64,000 bases of DNA from the human T2T-CHM13v2.0 reference genome, Homo sapiens: NCBI RefSeq assembly GCF_009914755.1, contig NC_060936.1. One strand, written 5' to 3'. The position numbers and the translations under genes are program-made. The notes below the pieces were generated by a model. That model searched no databases, was not told the origin of the DNA, and was given only the letters and a program-made list of their open reading frames with translations. Positions 1-14,207 of the stretch are shown here, piece by piece (the first letter of the stretch is position 1; every line of letters starts with the position of its first letter).

Positions 1-1035
1 CCTCTTGACAGTATATTTCCATTCTCCATATCCCCCCTCCAGTTATGCTATTATTTTCATGTATTTTTGCTATATACACAATGAATTATCAGTTTTGATT
101 TAAAAGTCAATCTTCTTTTCAAGAATAAATCTATACTTTAATGTAAAATTTTTCAATTTAAAATGTTAGCCACAAATTCAGAAAAATTAAAAGCAAAGTG
201 CAGGGCTCATTATGTGTAGATCAAATGACATTTATCTATGGTTAAAAATATTGTGTTGAATATATTATTCTACAACTTGTTTATTTCCCTCGCTCCTATG
301 TCATGTAGATTTTTGCAGTGCTACCCTCTCATTAACTGCTTAGTGTTTTTTGGATAGACATATCATGGCTTATTCAACCATGTCGATGGGCATTTAGGTG
401 TTAGCTCATTTTCACACTGCTATAAGCAATTAGTGGGCTGCCTGCCTTCTTAGATAGCCCCATCAGGGTCTGAGACAGGGGAACGAATAAATAACTTCTT
501 CAAGTAGGCCTAGAAATTTATGCTTTGTAAGATAAGATCCCAAAGAGTCTAGTTTCACCTAATTAATGATAATTTATCTAATTCAATTATGTTTATAATT
601 TCAAAAAAATATAAGAAATGGAATATTCCTTTAGGAGTAAGCCTAGATGTCATATAATTCACCCCTCTCACGTTCTGAATGGAAGGAAAAAAAAAAAAAA
701 ACATGAAGCCAGAGAGAAGTCACTTGCACAGCTAGTTCTTACGAAATCGGATTTGAAATCCAGGTCTCCTGATTCCCAGGTCAGGGTATTGATTTGGAGG
801 GACAATTAGCCCAAATACAAAACCTTTGAGTTGGAAGTAGTCTTAGAAAGGAAATAGAAGTCAAATTCATCTTAATTTAGACTACCATATCATACAGAAA
901 TCCTCTTGCTAGAATAGCTGATGTTTCTGAAAGTTTGGGCTTAAGCATTTTCTTTGAAAGGCAGTTAGTTCAATAACTTGTGAGTAGATATACACTATTA
1001 TCGGGCAGCTTTAATTATTAGAAATTCTTACTTTC

Positions 1036-1432
<397 letters not shown>

Positions 1433-1894
1433 TCACCATTTCACCTTCTGCCACCTGAATACTCTCCTATTTGTCTCCCTTTTAGAATATGGTTTGTGGA
1501 AGAGGACAAAGTAATAGTCCAGCCATAGTCCGCCCAGTGCAGTGTGCAGTGGGGCCATCATCTCCCTTGATCTGCTCTCTATACTTCTATAATAGAGCCT
1601 CTACATGTTTTACTTTCTTGGCAGTTGCATTCCTGAGCAATGGGAATGCCAAGTGTCACTCTCTTTTTTTTTTTTTTTCTAACTGACGACTATAAAGTCA
1701 GGTCTCTTTCCTCTTCTGTTCATGTAATTGATTGCAGGAATTTATGTGTTAAAATTTCTACCTTTTAGCTTTTAGTTAAACATTCCTGTTTTTTGAGAAT
1801 ATTTGAATCCTTATGCTATTGTCTTTCTCTGTAACATACCTCACACAAATTTGTTAAATAACCGTTGTATGCTTTTATAAAAATCACTGAAGAA

Positions 1895-2192
1895 GGCTGG
1901 GAGCAGTGGCTCACACATGTAGTCCCAGCAGTTTGGGAGGCCAAGGCAGGAGAATCACTTGAGGCCAGGAGCTGGAGACCAGACTGAGCAACATAGTAAG
2001 AGCCCCTTGCTATGAAAAAAAAAAAAAAATTAGCTGTGCATGGTGGCAGGTGTCTGTAGTCCCAGCTACTCAAGAGGCTAAGGTGGTATGATGGCTTGAG
2101 CTCAGGAGTTCAAGGCTGCAGTGAGGTGTAAGATTGTGCCACTGTCCTGCAGGCTCTGTGACAGAGCGAGACTCCATCTCTTAAAGAAAAAA
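1895..2192 (+). mobile_element. AluJ
   Basis: Dimeric Alu with J-type GAGGCCAGGAG and CAAGGCTGCAGTGAG; highly diverged. Confidence 0.9.
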
Positions 2193-2193
2193 C

Positions 2194-2504
<311 letters not shown>

Positions 2505-4036
2505 TCAGAGAAAGACACAAGTGATATTTTCCAAGTTGACTGTAACTGTGAAGCCACATGCAGTACCCAAGTACAACCCTATTTCTTCAGGTTTTTTGTT
2601 TGTTTAAATATAGCTATAATGACAGGCTATTAAATGCCTTTCTGAAATGAAGATACTTTATATAGCAATGGCATTCTTCCGATTTACTGCCTGGGAACCA
2701 TTTTAAAATGGGGAAATGGGGTTAGTTCCACATGGCCAGTTCTCAGTGAACCCATAAAGATTTTTAATGATCATCTCTCTAAAAATATTAACTTACAGAT
2801 CTCCTGAAGGCAAATAGCTAGGGTATCCAATGCCAAAAATATAATACCAAAGCCAGAAAAATATATATATATATTTTGGAAGCAGAAGGAACCAATGTTC
2901 TTCCAACAACTTGCCGTTTAAATCTCTGTTGATAGAGAGTAATACACAGAATTGTGTCTAGGGGAGAGAAGATGGGCAGATTGTGTAAGGCAAAGGCTTT
3001 TGAAGGTCTTTGGAAGACAGAGTCAGTGGAGTCTTTGTGAATGATGCAGGCACCCTGCAGGAGGGCCTGAGACCTGCTGTGACTTGCACCAGCTCTGTCC
3101 TTCCCAAAGCACCAAACTCTTCCTCCCTCTCACTTGTCACCATTCTGCCTGCAGCAGTTGGAGTCAACTCTAGCCTTTTTAATAAGACAGTTTGGAAGAG
3201 AGACAAGCCTTTTCAGTCTGAGAGATAAAAATAAAAATGTCAGTGATCAGAATTTCCACATATGGTCTCAAATGATAGATGAAATTTAAAGCTGGCAATT
3301 GTCCTGAGCTGGAAAGATGTAAGCAACAAAGGCTGGAAGGAGGTTTAGGGTTTTGGTTGCTTTTTTCCCCCCTTGCTAAGTGATAATGGACTGTCCCCAA
3401 ACACAGCAAGTTCTTTCCTTTTTAAGGGCAGTGAAGGTTGCCAGGCCTTGTCTATTTGCAGCCGACCTGCTCAGAAACATTTTGCTGCCCTTCCCCCACT
3501 TCTGTGAATAGGTTTTCCCAAAATTCCAGGAGGGAGTCCTCTACAGACTGCCCATCTGTTCTTAGGCACGCAGGGAATCTGGGTAACAATTACATTTGGG
3601 AATCACCTGTTGGAGCTCCGGAAGAGAGACCAAACTTCCGCACCAAGCCCTTGGCGATTTCTTTTTCTCCAAGACAGTTTTGCTTTTGGGTGCAGTTAGA
3701 GATTAGGAGGAAAGATTAGAAGGGGGAAGGAGAGTTATGTATCTCAGCTGAGGAGGGTCAAAGTCTAAGAAAGGTTAGCTTTTGCCCTGACACAAGCAAG
3801 TGAACACATTTTCAAGGCCAAGGTTGATGAGAGTGGTTGATCAGTATTCTAGAGCTCTGAATGTGGATCCATGAACCCTGGGCTCAGCTGGGATTGTACC
3901 ACAAATTTTTCCAGCCTGGATTTATTCACCTGAAAAATGAGGAGGGACAAAATAATCTTTAAGAAAGACTTCTTGTTGGACAATTCCATTCCAACATCTC
4001 ATAGGAAGAATTCTGAGACTAAACTATAGTCTTGGC

Positions 4037-4228
4037 CAGTGGTTCTCAAACTAGAACATGAATCAGAAACATCTGGAAATCTTATTAAGAGCCAGATTTG
4101 GGGTCTCACTACCAGTTTCCGATTTATTGGTTGGTGGTGGGGCCAGAGAATTTGCATTTCTAACAGGTTCGTAGGTGATGCTGGTGCTGCTGGTTCAGGT
4201 ACCTATACTTTAAGAACCTCTGGTCTAG
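4037..4228. mobile_element. MER5A-like hAT-Charlie element
   Basis: CAGTGGTTCTCAAACT terminus, internal TTTGCATTTCTAACA..GGTGATGCTG, TAAGAACCTCTG terminus. Confidence 0.8.
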
Positions 4229-4283
4229 ACCACGAAACATTCAGATGAACTCCCAGCAGGTTAATGGTCATGCTTAGGAAATA

Positions 4284-4649
4284 CAGGTTGAGTGTCCCAA
4301 ATATCTGGAATCAGAATTACTCCAAAATTGGAAACTTTCTGAGTGTCCGCATGATGCCACCTGTGGAAAATTCCACACCTGACCTCACGTGACAAATGGC
4401 AGTCAAAATGCAGGCACACAGCACACCGTCGATTCAGTGTCCCTAAGGGAAACAAGGCCCTCCCAGCCCCCTTCAGCTGTGGTCTTTTTCACACACAACT
4501 GAATTCTCACAAAGGGTAACAAGATGAAAACTTTGTTTCATGCTCAAAATTATTTAAAATATCATAAAAAATCACCTTGAGGCTATGTGTATAAAGTATA
4601 TATGAAACAATGAATTTCATGTTTAGATGGGTTCCACTCCCAAGATATC

Positions 4650-4680
<31 letters not shown>

Positions 4681-4762
4681 GCAAACAGTCCAAAATCTGA
4701 AAACATCTCAAATCTGAAACACTTCTGGTCTCCAGCATTTCAAATGAGGGGTACTCAACCTG
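4284..4762. mobile_element. Tigger4/MER46 non-autonomous TcMar-Tigger element
   Basis: TIRs CAGGTTGAGT...ACTCAACCTG with TA on both sides; internal (TA)n at 4654-4680. Confidence 0.85.
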
Positions 4763-5559
4763 TAATTATCTACAGGCCTGACTAAAGAAACTATTTAGCA
4801 AAAGATGACTTCACGGGCTGAGCCCAGACTCACATGTGTTCAGTGCTGTAAGGGTGAGGGACTTGGGAAGAGGAGCACTCAGGAGTCACAATCTGCACCT
4901 TGAAAGATGTCATTGGAATTTAAGGAAATCCAGCAGCTAGTAGGAGCAGTTGATAATGTCTATAACCTATCTCTGGCCTTACAGAAGACCTGTTAAAGGG
5001 CTTCCGCAGCCATGATCTCAACTTCTTAAAACAAGCCTGCAATACACAGCACAAGGATAATTGTCCTGCTTGGGAGTTGAGTGGGGAATCACTTACCTTT
5101 GTTGACCCAGCAAAGACTCTACCGAGGAGTTGTTTTGCCAGCAAGGCAGATGAGTATACATACAGCCATGTAGAGTCTCCTTCCAGAGGCCTTGTATAAG
5201 CAGTAGATTGATGAGATTCAATATGCAGTCTATTCCCCTTTTTAGTTTCATTCTGACCATGGCCTCATTAATATTGTAGCATAAGTTGCTGAGCTAACTG
5301 GGTCACAAAAAGTGTTAACAAGTTGAGAAGGGCCATAGGGCTCTTAGATCCTTGAGTCAGGGTTAGCAACTAAATTCACTAACAGAATTACTATACAACC
5401 AGGAAGCACTAACCTTTAGAGAATTTGTGCTTTCTAACCACTCTGCCTCCTAGTTTGAATAACATTAAGTCCAAGTTACTACTCTAGAAGGAAAAGCAAA
5501 TCCAAACCCAAAATAGGAGAAGAAGAGTAAATTCTGGTTTACTGAGAAAGATCTTAAGG

Positions 5560-5730
5560 TCATTTAACAAGTATCTACTGAGCAACCATCATTTACTAGG
5601 CAGTGGAGATATATTGACAAATAAGACAAGCATGACTGTGGCCTGGATAGAGCTTACAGTTTAGGAAAGGAGACATAATTTAAACAAGTCATCCTCCAAA
5701 TCTATAATTACAGTTGTGATGAGTGTCATG
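5560..5730 (-). mobile_element. L2 3' fragment
   Basis: CATTTAACAAGTATCTACTGAGCA...AATAAGACA...GAGCTTACAG resembles antisense L2 3' end. Confidence 0.6.
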
Positions 5731-6831
5731 GTTGAGAACAAGGAAAGCAGCAGTAATAGACACCATGCTATAGTTTCCAAAACCAATCTGCCTCTGGGAT
5801 ACAGAAGTAGAAATCAAGGTTTTAACCTTTATCTTCCATAATGTATCATATGGGGACTTGCTTCATTGCAGAATCCTTTGTGAGGAGCAACATTTTGTGC
5901 CTCATTGTGGGAGGGCTCCTGTCCCTATTTAAAATGGAAACTTGGTGATCCTACATTCGCCTTCTATCCTAGGGAGATCTATGTCAAACTGGGTTCCATA
6001 ATCATCCAAGGAGAATGTGCAGTGAGGTCAGGAAGGGCTGTGGAGAAGTTGAAATAGTTGGGAAAAGCGGGAAAAGAAACTTAAGACAGCTCAAGAAGTT
6101 GAGCCCACTGACTTGCCCTTTCCAAGTACGTGCCTCTTATTAGAAGATAGTGGCTTCTCTGCCCCAGCTGGACATGCAAATATGACTGGAGTGCCCTGGT
6201 CTGTGATGATAGGAGATTTCAGGGGTTAAAACAAGAATACACACACAATTCTAAAGTGTGGTTCTGTTTCTAGGGGACCTTAATTCAATTGGAGGGAAAT
6301 ACTAAATCTTGAAATGGTAGGTGCCTTTAGTATGGAGAGATCCACACATATTTAAACACATGACATAAGATTGAGCTCTTAGATAGGAAGGGCACTGAGG
6401 AGGCTCACCTGGCTAACTGATCACCTCCATGCCAGGCCACCCTTACATTCCAGGCAAGGAGATGACACCACCCACCACCCAGTGCACTGGGAGAATTTCC
6501 AGGGGAGCGGGGGTTCTAGGAAGGTCTCCACCCCAACTTAGGTACTCTGAATGCCATGAAGAGAATCACAGGCTTATTCCCTTGGTTCAGGGTTTTGTCT
6601 AAAGTTAAAATGCAAGGGTTACCAGAGGGGTGGCCGTTATGACTGTCTTAAAACAGTAGAAGGAAGAACCTTATTAAATCTTTTTCAATCAGAGCTAGCG
6701 GAGAGCAAAAGAGAAAGGCCACAGACCTAGGAAAGTGTAATGTGGGAGAGAAAAGAAAGAAAAAGCCTTGGTAGGCTGCATGGAAGAGCAGAATTCCTGG
6801 GTGATGTGCTGTGGAGCACTGTTTTAGAGAG

Positions 6832-6994
6832 GCAGTGGTGTGCAGTTTTAAAGCATTTGCTGGTTTTAATGGTGTAAATACTCCCACCGTGGAAATTTCA
6901 AGCTGCCAATTTGATGTCAACTGGCCCACAGAATTCCTAGAAATGAGCAATTGGCTCATGCATGCTGCTGGGGAAATGCTGGCTCCTGTACACT
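6832..6994 (-). mobile_element. MER63A-like hAT-Blackjack element
   Basis: CAGTGGTGTG terminus; GGTGTAAATACTCCCACC..ATTTCAAGCT is the reverse complement of the core seen in the copy at 43.4-44.3 kb. Confidence 0.65.
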
Positions 6995-8180
6995 GCAGAG
7001 GGCTCCACGAGTGGGCAGAGAGACACTGAAAGGGGGCGGTAGGAAGTCCCCATGCAGGCCTGGCCCTCAGTGCTGGTCTGAGGTTCTCACAGACTGTGTT
7101 AAAGTTCTCCAGTGTGGAGGGCAGGTGTAGTGGGGCCTGGGTGGCCCAGGTAAACATGGGTGGGACTGAAACTACAGACAAGGGAGCAGTTTGGTGGGCC
7201 CCTAATTAGAATGAATCTCCCATCTGCCTTTTGAAACCATCACGTAGAAAGGCAATCCCTGCAACAATAGCATTAAAGAAATTATTAAATGATGACTGCT
7301 CACATCCCCAAAGTATGCATCTTAGCATGGGGACACCCATTTGAAGACAATACCCTGGAATCACAGAGGAGAAAGTGACAATGAGCAGAAGGGAGGGTGA
7401 GGCCAGCTGTTCCTCTTTGTGGGGGAGGCAGGGACAGGCAGAGTTATTAAAAGCTCCATGACATACTTTGGCTTTGGCGGTGAGGTTATGTCTCAGCCTG
7501 CGGGATCACTCCCTTCAGAGCACATTGGGAAGACATCAGGGCCGGCCTGGTTGAGTTATTCGCGTCCGTGGGGCCTAATCCTGCTCCATGTGTTCTCTTT
7601 GATAAGGCCCTGCCTTCTGTCTCCAAGCTTGCCTTTTCAGCTCCAGTTCCAGACAGGGCAAAAGGAACGATTCCCCAGCATCTAGGCAGAATCATGAAGG
7701 GGGTCAAAGCTTTGTCCTTGCTCTCCCTTCTCCCTTTCAATAGACTTCTCCGGGCAACCTGAGGCTGGTATCCTCCAGCAGGGCCCAGGGCTCCCCTCTC
7801 CAGACCCCAGCTGTGCCACAGGACCTCTGCCCTTCCACCCAATGCTTCTGTGTTGTTTCTTATAGTCCCATAATTTTTTCTTTCCTAATTTCTCTGATGA
7901 ATGAAATTCCCGTAAACTATTTCACATGAAGGAGTTAATGACTGCTTTTGACTTAAGCAGTCACTCTTTCCCAGTATTTGTAGTTTTACAAAGCTTTGAC
8001 ACTGAAGAAGGACTCTGGTATGGGATAACTTCTGCCTTCAATAAATGGCAAGATGATCTGGGCAAGATTTTTGGTGCTCTCTGAAGTCATCCCCTGTGAG
8101 TGAACATCTAATCCACTCATGCCAGTCCAACTCGGATATGCCTGGACAGCCCCTGATATGGAAGAGCATCTGTCACTCAC

Positions 8181-8268
8181 CGGTAGGTACAGATAGGTGC
8201 ATCATGCATAGGCTATGCTGGCTCCTTTAATGGGATGAAGTGAGGCCCCTAAAATGGCCCCAGCTCTT
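8181..8268 (-). other. Candidate non-coding exon (88 nt)
   Basis: Long pyrimidine tract and AG-free zone before ...GAATAG|; donor CCG|GTGAGT; stops in all three frames. Confidence 0.35.
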
Positions 8269-8338
8269 CTATTCAGTCCAAAGACCAAGAAGAGACAGAC
8301 AGACAGAAAGAGAAAGGAAATTTAAGTGTGTGACTGAT

Positions 8339-8975
8339 GTTCCCAGTGTCTAGTGTTCCCATCTTTATGTCAGTGTGTAACCAGGGCTTAGCTCTCACTT
8401 ATAAATGAGAACATGCAGTATTTGGTTTTCTGTTCCTGCATTAATTCACTTAGGATTATGGCCTCCAGCTGCATCCATGGTGCTGCAAAAGACACGATTT
8501 CATTCTTTTGTATGGCTGCATAGCATTCCATGGGTATATATGTACCACATTTTCTTTACCCAATCCACTGTTGATGGGCACCTGGGTTGATTCCATGTCT
8601 TTGCTATTGTGAATACTGCTTTATTACATACCAGTACATGGGTCTTTTTGGTAGAATGATTTGCTTTCCTTTGGGTATATTCCCAGTAATGGGATTGCTG
8701 GGTTGAATGGTAGTCCTATTTTTAGTTCTTTGAGAAATCTCCAAATTGCTTTCCACAGGGGCTGAACTAATTTGTACTCCCACCAAAAGTGTACAGGCAT
8801 TCTATTTTTACTGCAGCCTTGCCAACATTCGTTATTTTTTGACTTTTTAATAAGAACCATTCTGACTGATATGAGATGCTATCTCATCATGGTTTTGATT
8901 GGCATTTCTCTGATAGTGATGTTGAGCATTTTTTTCACATGTTTTTTGGCTGCTTGTATGTTTTCTTTTGAGAAG
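8339..8975 (-). mobile_element. L1PA13-16-like LINE, inverted 5' segment (ORF2 end plus 3'UTR)
   Basis: Minus ORF 8624-8860 reads ...LVQPLWKAIWRFLKELKIGLPFNPAIPLLGIYPKE (L1 ORF2 C-terminus). Confidence 0.9.
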
Positions 8976-9150
8976 ACAGAGGGAGGGGGGCAAGGGTTGA
9001 CAAATGACCTATTGAGTGCTATGTTCACTATTTGAGTGACAGGTTCAATAGAAGCCCAACCTCAACATCACACAGTATAACAAGTAACAAACTTGCACAT
9101 GTATCCCCTGAATCTAAAATTTTCTTAAAAATTTAAATTTAAAAAATTAA
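8976..9150 (+). mobile_element. Same L1, non-inverted 3' terminus
   Basis: GAGGGGGGCAAGGGTTGA...GTAACAAACTTGCACATGTATCCCCTGAATCTAAAA followed by an A-rich tail. Confidence 0.85.
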
Positions 9151-9677
9151 AGTGAATTTTACAATTTTTAAAAAAGATACAGTCTTGCGCTATCGTTCAG
9201 AGGGGAGTGCAGTGATTTTACAATTTTTTAAAGAAAAGAGTTCTTTTCTGCTAGCCTTATTTTTGTCTGTTATACTGGTGATCATATTGGTTACTTGAAA
9301 AGTTCTGTCATATTATTGCTATTTAAAAATAAATAATGCTACAGATACAAAAGAAGAATCTGTGACTGCTAAATCCTTTCCTGTGAGAGCAGCACACTGT
9401 GCAGAGTGGAAAGCAGGGTTTGCCCAGGCCATGAACAACCCATGTGGCTCTGACTCGTGACTTGTCTTTGTCAGAGATTCTCCAACATGCTTTGGGACTG
9501 AGACACACCCATGAAACTGCAATTTTCTCAGGATGTACATACCCCCTCTTAATCAACACAGGAGGCCAGCCACACAGGCAGACCTATCACCTCCTCTCTC
9601 TTCTCCCCAAACCCTATTCAAGACAGAGCTTCTTGGGCAGGGCTGAGTAGGGTATGTTGCTCCAGATGCAGTGAGCG

Positions 9678-9885
9678 ATAATAATTGCAGTAGCTATCAT
9701 TTTTCATGTGCTTACTCTGCCCAGCTGCTATGCACAGGCTTTATACAAATATATGTGATCGCATTTAATCCCTGCAACCACCCAGTCAGTTTCACGTTAT
9801 TATTATTTTCAGTTTACAGATGAGGAAACTGAGACTCAAGCTAAATAATTTGCCCAAAGGCACACAGCTTATAAGTGACACAGTG
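9678..9885 (-). mobile_element. MIR
   Basis: Antisense MIR core TTTACAGATGAGGAAACTGAG...TTGCCCAAAGGCACACAGCT. Confidence 0.8.
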
Positions 9886-11719
9886 AGGACAGAATACACC
9901 ATGAATCCAAAAAAAGCTAGTTTCCCCCCAAACTCCGTGCTCTAGAAGCTAGTTCCACTTCTCCATCTCAGCTGAGCTGGGGCATCACCTGTGCTCCCAG
10001 GGGCTGGGTCCACGTGGCCATTGTGATCTGTAACCAGATTCACAGTAGAATCAAATTGGTCCCAAATCCAGAAGATAAATGAAGACCAGCAGATTATTTT
10101 TCCAGGCTTTATCATAATACTCCAGATGTTTCCATATCTGGAGGTAAATGCATTTGAACCATCTGACTCCCTTCTTACCTAAAAATTTGATTTGCAAAAG
10201 GCATATGAAGACCATGAACATAGATGTGATGGAGCAATCTAAATCCTGCCTGAAGGACTCAGAAGAGCTCTGAAGTCCTTTTGGGTGCAATTATTCTGAG
10301 TACCAGCTGAACTCTCTATCACACACTTGGCATCTTCACGCAGGTGTGCCAGCAGATAATAGGAGAAACAGGGGTCCTTTCTTCCTATTTTAATGTAAAT
10401 CTTTACCTGCTTCCTGACCTCTTATGAACTGTGCCTAATTTCTACTCAAGGTTTGAGTGCTCACCTAGCAGGAACAGAGATGAGATGGTTCCTACAACCA
10501 CAACAAAAGATGCAGTCTCTGGAGGGAACTGGGCTTTGTTTTCATTCTTTCACATGCCCACCAGCTGACTTCAACCCTCAGCAAAGTCTTGGAATGAAAA
10601 ACTAAAAATTTAAACGGCAGTGGCTCCCAGAAAGGTTAGAACCAGAAGTGGTATTCAGATTCCACCTGGTTCATTTAATAAATGCCTATGTAGAACTTGA
10701 CATTCAACATATTGCACTGGCATTCAACATATTGCATTTAGTATGAATGCTAAAACATACTGGGCACAGTCCTTATCTTTGAGGAGCTTATCAACCTATT
10801 GGAAAGATTTTTAAAAATTAATAATATGATATAAACATTGGTAATACCAAGTAACTAAAATTCTACAAGGCACATGCAAGAGCGAGGAAAGTATGTTAAG
10901 ATTTCCAAGAGTTCTAAGGTAGGAGGGATTTCATGAAAACGCAGGGCCAGAGTAGGACCAGAGATAAAGGGGATTGCCGGAGTAGAGAAAAGGAACAAAG
11001 AGAAGACCACAGGTGAAAGCAGTCTTCCGCCAAGCTCATTTCCTTGTGCCAGCCATGCTATTTCCTTTGTCTTTTGGCATACACCACACCTCTCCTAAAT
11101 GGTCCCTCCTTTCTTCTCACCTTCCTCCCTTCCTCTTTCTCTTACTATCCTTTTATCACTTGAGTTACTGAAATCTTTTCCATCCTGTCTTATGTTAGCT
11201 CAAGTCTAAACTTGTTCTTCAAGCCTTTCCCAACAATTCCAGAGTAAGCTAAATTTTCCACTCACTTCTTTCTTGCAATAAGTACCACGCCTTGGGAAAA
11301 TTAATTATATGCTGCCTTCTATTGTTTGCTAATGATTTTGTTCTATGTCCCTAATGATACTTTAAGCTTCTTATGGGCAGGGTTGTGTATAGCATTTCTT
11401 GTGTACCCAGCACATTGCCAGATGTGTAATAGAGGCTCAGAGAATGTTGTTTGAATGCCTTACCATTCAGGGTCATTGGTTGACTGGCCTCATTTGAAGT
11501 TCTGCAGAGGCAAAAGTTCAGATATTTAATGACCTGGGGAATGTCTTTGTGCTCTTCCAAAATTTTTCCTGTTTTAGTTAAAGCAACTGCCTTTTACTTT
11601 TCATTAAAAACTTCCTGTCCTTGGAAATACTACTTTTCCTCTCATCTCTATACTTAACATCTTTGGATCCCCTTGCCCATTATTTAAGTCATTGGGACAC
11701 CTTAAAACTTCTGCATTGT

Positions 11720-12100
<381 letters not shown>

Positions 12101-12281
12101 TCAGATTCCACATTGGTTAAAATCCTGAGCATAATTATGGCTTTGTCCTTAGATTCTATAGGATGGGAAGACTACTTCAAGCAAGAGAAACCACATTAAT
12201 TTAGAATACGCAAAAAAAAAATAATAATAAACAAAACAAACAAATACATAAAGCAGAAGAAATTATAAGAATGTGAGCGGC

Positions 12282-12579
12282 GGCCTGGTGAGGTAGCTCA
12301 AATCTGTAATTCCAACGCTTTGGGAGAGCAAGGTGGGAGGCTGGCTGGAGGCCAGGAGTTCAAGACCAGCCTGAGCAACATACTGAAACTCTATCTCTAC
12401 AATAATAATAGTAATAATAATTAGGCAGGGTGGTGTATCTGTGGTCCAAAATACTGCGGAGGCTGAGGTGGGAGGCAGTAGAGCCTAGGAACTCAAGGCT
12501 GCAGCGAGCTATAATTGTGCCACTGCACTCCAGTCTGGGTGACAGAGTGAGGCCCTGTCTCTGAAAAAGAAAAAAAGAA
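12282..12579 (+). mobile_element. AluJ
   Basis: J-type Alu with (AAT)n-expanded linker and A-rich tail. Confidence 0.9.
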
Positions 12580-13149
12580 TACAGGGGTGTCCCATAGAAC
12601 TTAGGAACAAGAATGTAACCAAAACCAAGGAGACATTTCAACGAGTCATCCAGTATATCTCACTCTGTCTTCACCCCTTTACTCCTCTTCTCCTTTCTTC
12701 TCTTCTGCCCGCTTCCCTGGCTGAACCCTTCTACCTTGGCCCAAATGACCACTGTATGATTTCTGACTCAAGATCTGAAGATGAGGTTACCAGAAAACAA
12801 TTGTCCTCAAGTGAGCAGAGCCTGGGCTTGGATGGGTAGAGTGCTTTCTTTGTGCCCACTTCTAGTGGCTCTGGGGTTAGACTTGGAGATACTGATTTCC
12901 TCACAGAGACCCTTCAAAGCAGAAATGGCATCTCCATTCTACTCCGTTCCATTCCTTTTCATCACTGCATTATCAAACGTTCCTGACCAAATATTCATCT
13001 GCAGTACAGCAAATGGGTTGAAATAATTGGCCCCAATGAGAAAAATGTAAAATCTGACATCTTAGTCCAAAAAACAAAAAAATGAAGGGCGCAGGAGAAA
13101 AGATTGAAGTAAATTTTGCTAAAGGATCTCATGGAGAAAAGAGCATGTG

Positions 13150-13690
13150 GGTTTCCTAGATTGTAATAAGAATGTGAATCTCCTGTGAATGTGGTTGCCA
13201 AGAAAATGAAGGCAAAGGTATACTAATTCATAGGAATTTACTGTCCAGAGCAATGAAGTTTAAACCCCACTCTATTCTGATGACTTTTCAGTACTGTTTT
13301 TAGTATGTAGAGAAGCAGGCAGTCTGGAATGTATTCAGAGAGTAACCAGGATGTCAGAGAACTTGAAACCAGGCTACACGAGGTTTTGATAGCAGAGCAG
13401 GAAGGATCTAGCCTGGAGAAGGGAAGCTCTCAGTGGCACTGGGCCTTGGTCTTCAGACTTCTATCATGTGGAAGCTATAGTCAGAGCACCCAAGGATCCC
13501 AGTGAAGACTTGGCAACCTAACAACTTCACCTTAATGTAAGCACACTTTTTAGAACTGGCCAACTCATGTAGAGAATGGCCAATCATTTGTCAAAACCCT
13601 AAGTGGGTGCGTGAAAGTCAGGGGTGGGATCCAAGAGGGGGAAGGATTTGAAATAGACTGTGCTAGATGATTTCTAATAACTCTTGTGAT
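13150..13690 (+). mobile_element. L3/CR1 LINE relic
   Basis: Degenerate CR1-like motifs (CCACTCTATTCTG, TAGCCTGGAGAAGGGAAG); very diverged. Confidence 0.45.
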
Positions 13691-14207
13691 TATGAAACTC
13701 AAGCAGGAAGGGAATCATTATTCCCATGTTATAGCTGAGGAAATCAAAGCCCAGAGTAATTAGGTGACTGTTCCAAGGCATGCAGATTGTCAAGATGATG
13801 ACCTGAAGAGTGGCTCATGATGCCAAGTGAGGTGCTCTGTACAACCCACCTTCTGGCTGCTATTGTTAATCTTCCCTATGAATAGTGCCTCCTCACTCAG
13901 TTCCAGAATAGTCTCTCATTCCCTAAAGCATTCACAGAGGAGAATCGGTCACTTTCATTGCGAGTCAGAGACCTATATTCCCATTCAATAGCCAACCCTT
14001 CTCACACCCCATCCTATCCTTGAAGGACACAATAAAAGAAAATAAATCTCACCCACAACCTGCAGCTGAGAGAATCTCCAACATTAACTCATGTCACTGG
14101 CTCACTGCACCAGATTGTGCAGGAGGGATTCACTGTGAGCTTCCTGCCAGGTTAACAGAGAGGCAGAGGTGAAAAGAGAAAGATGTGACAAAAACCTTAA
14201 AAAAGTG

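Noticed and set aside
6648-7181. 177-aa minus-strand ORF
   Set aside because: Spans a MER63-like element, has no recognisable domain and a non-ATG start.
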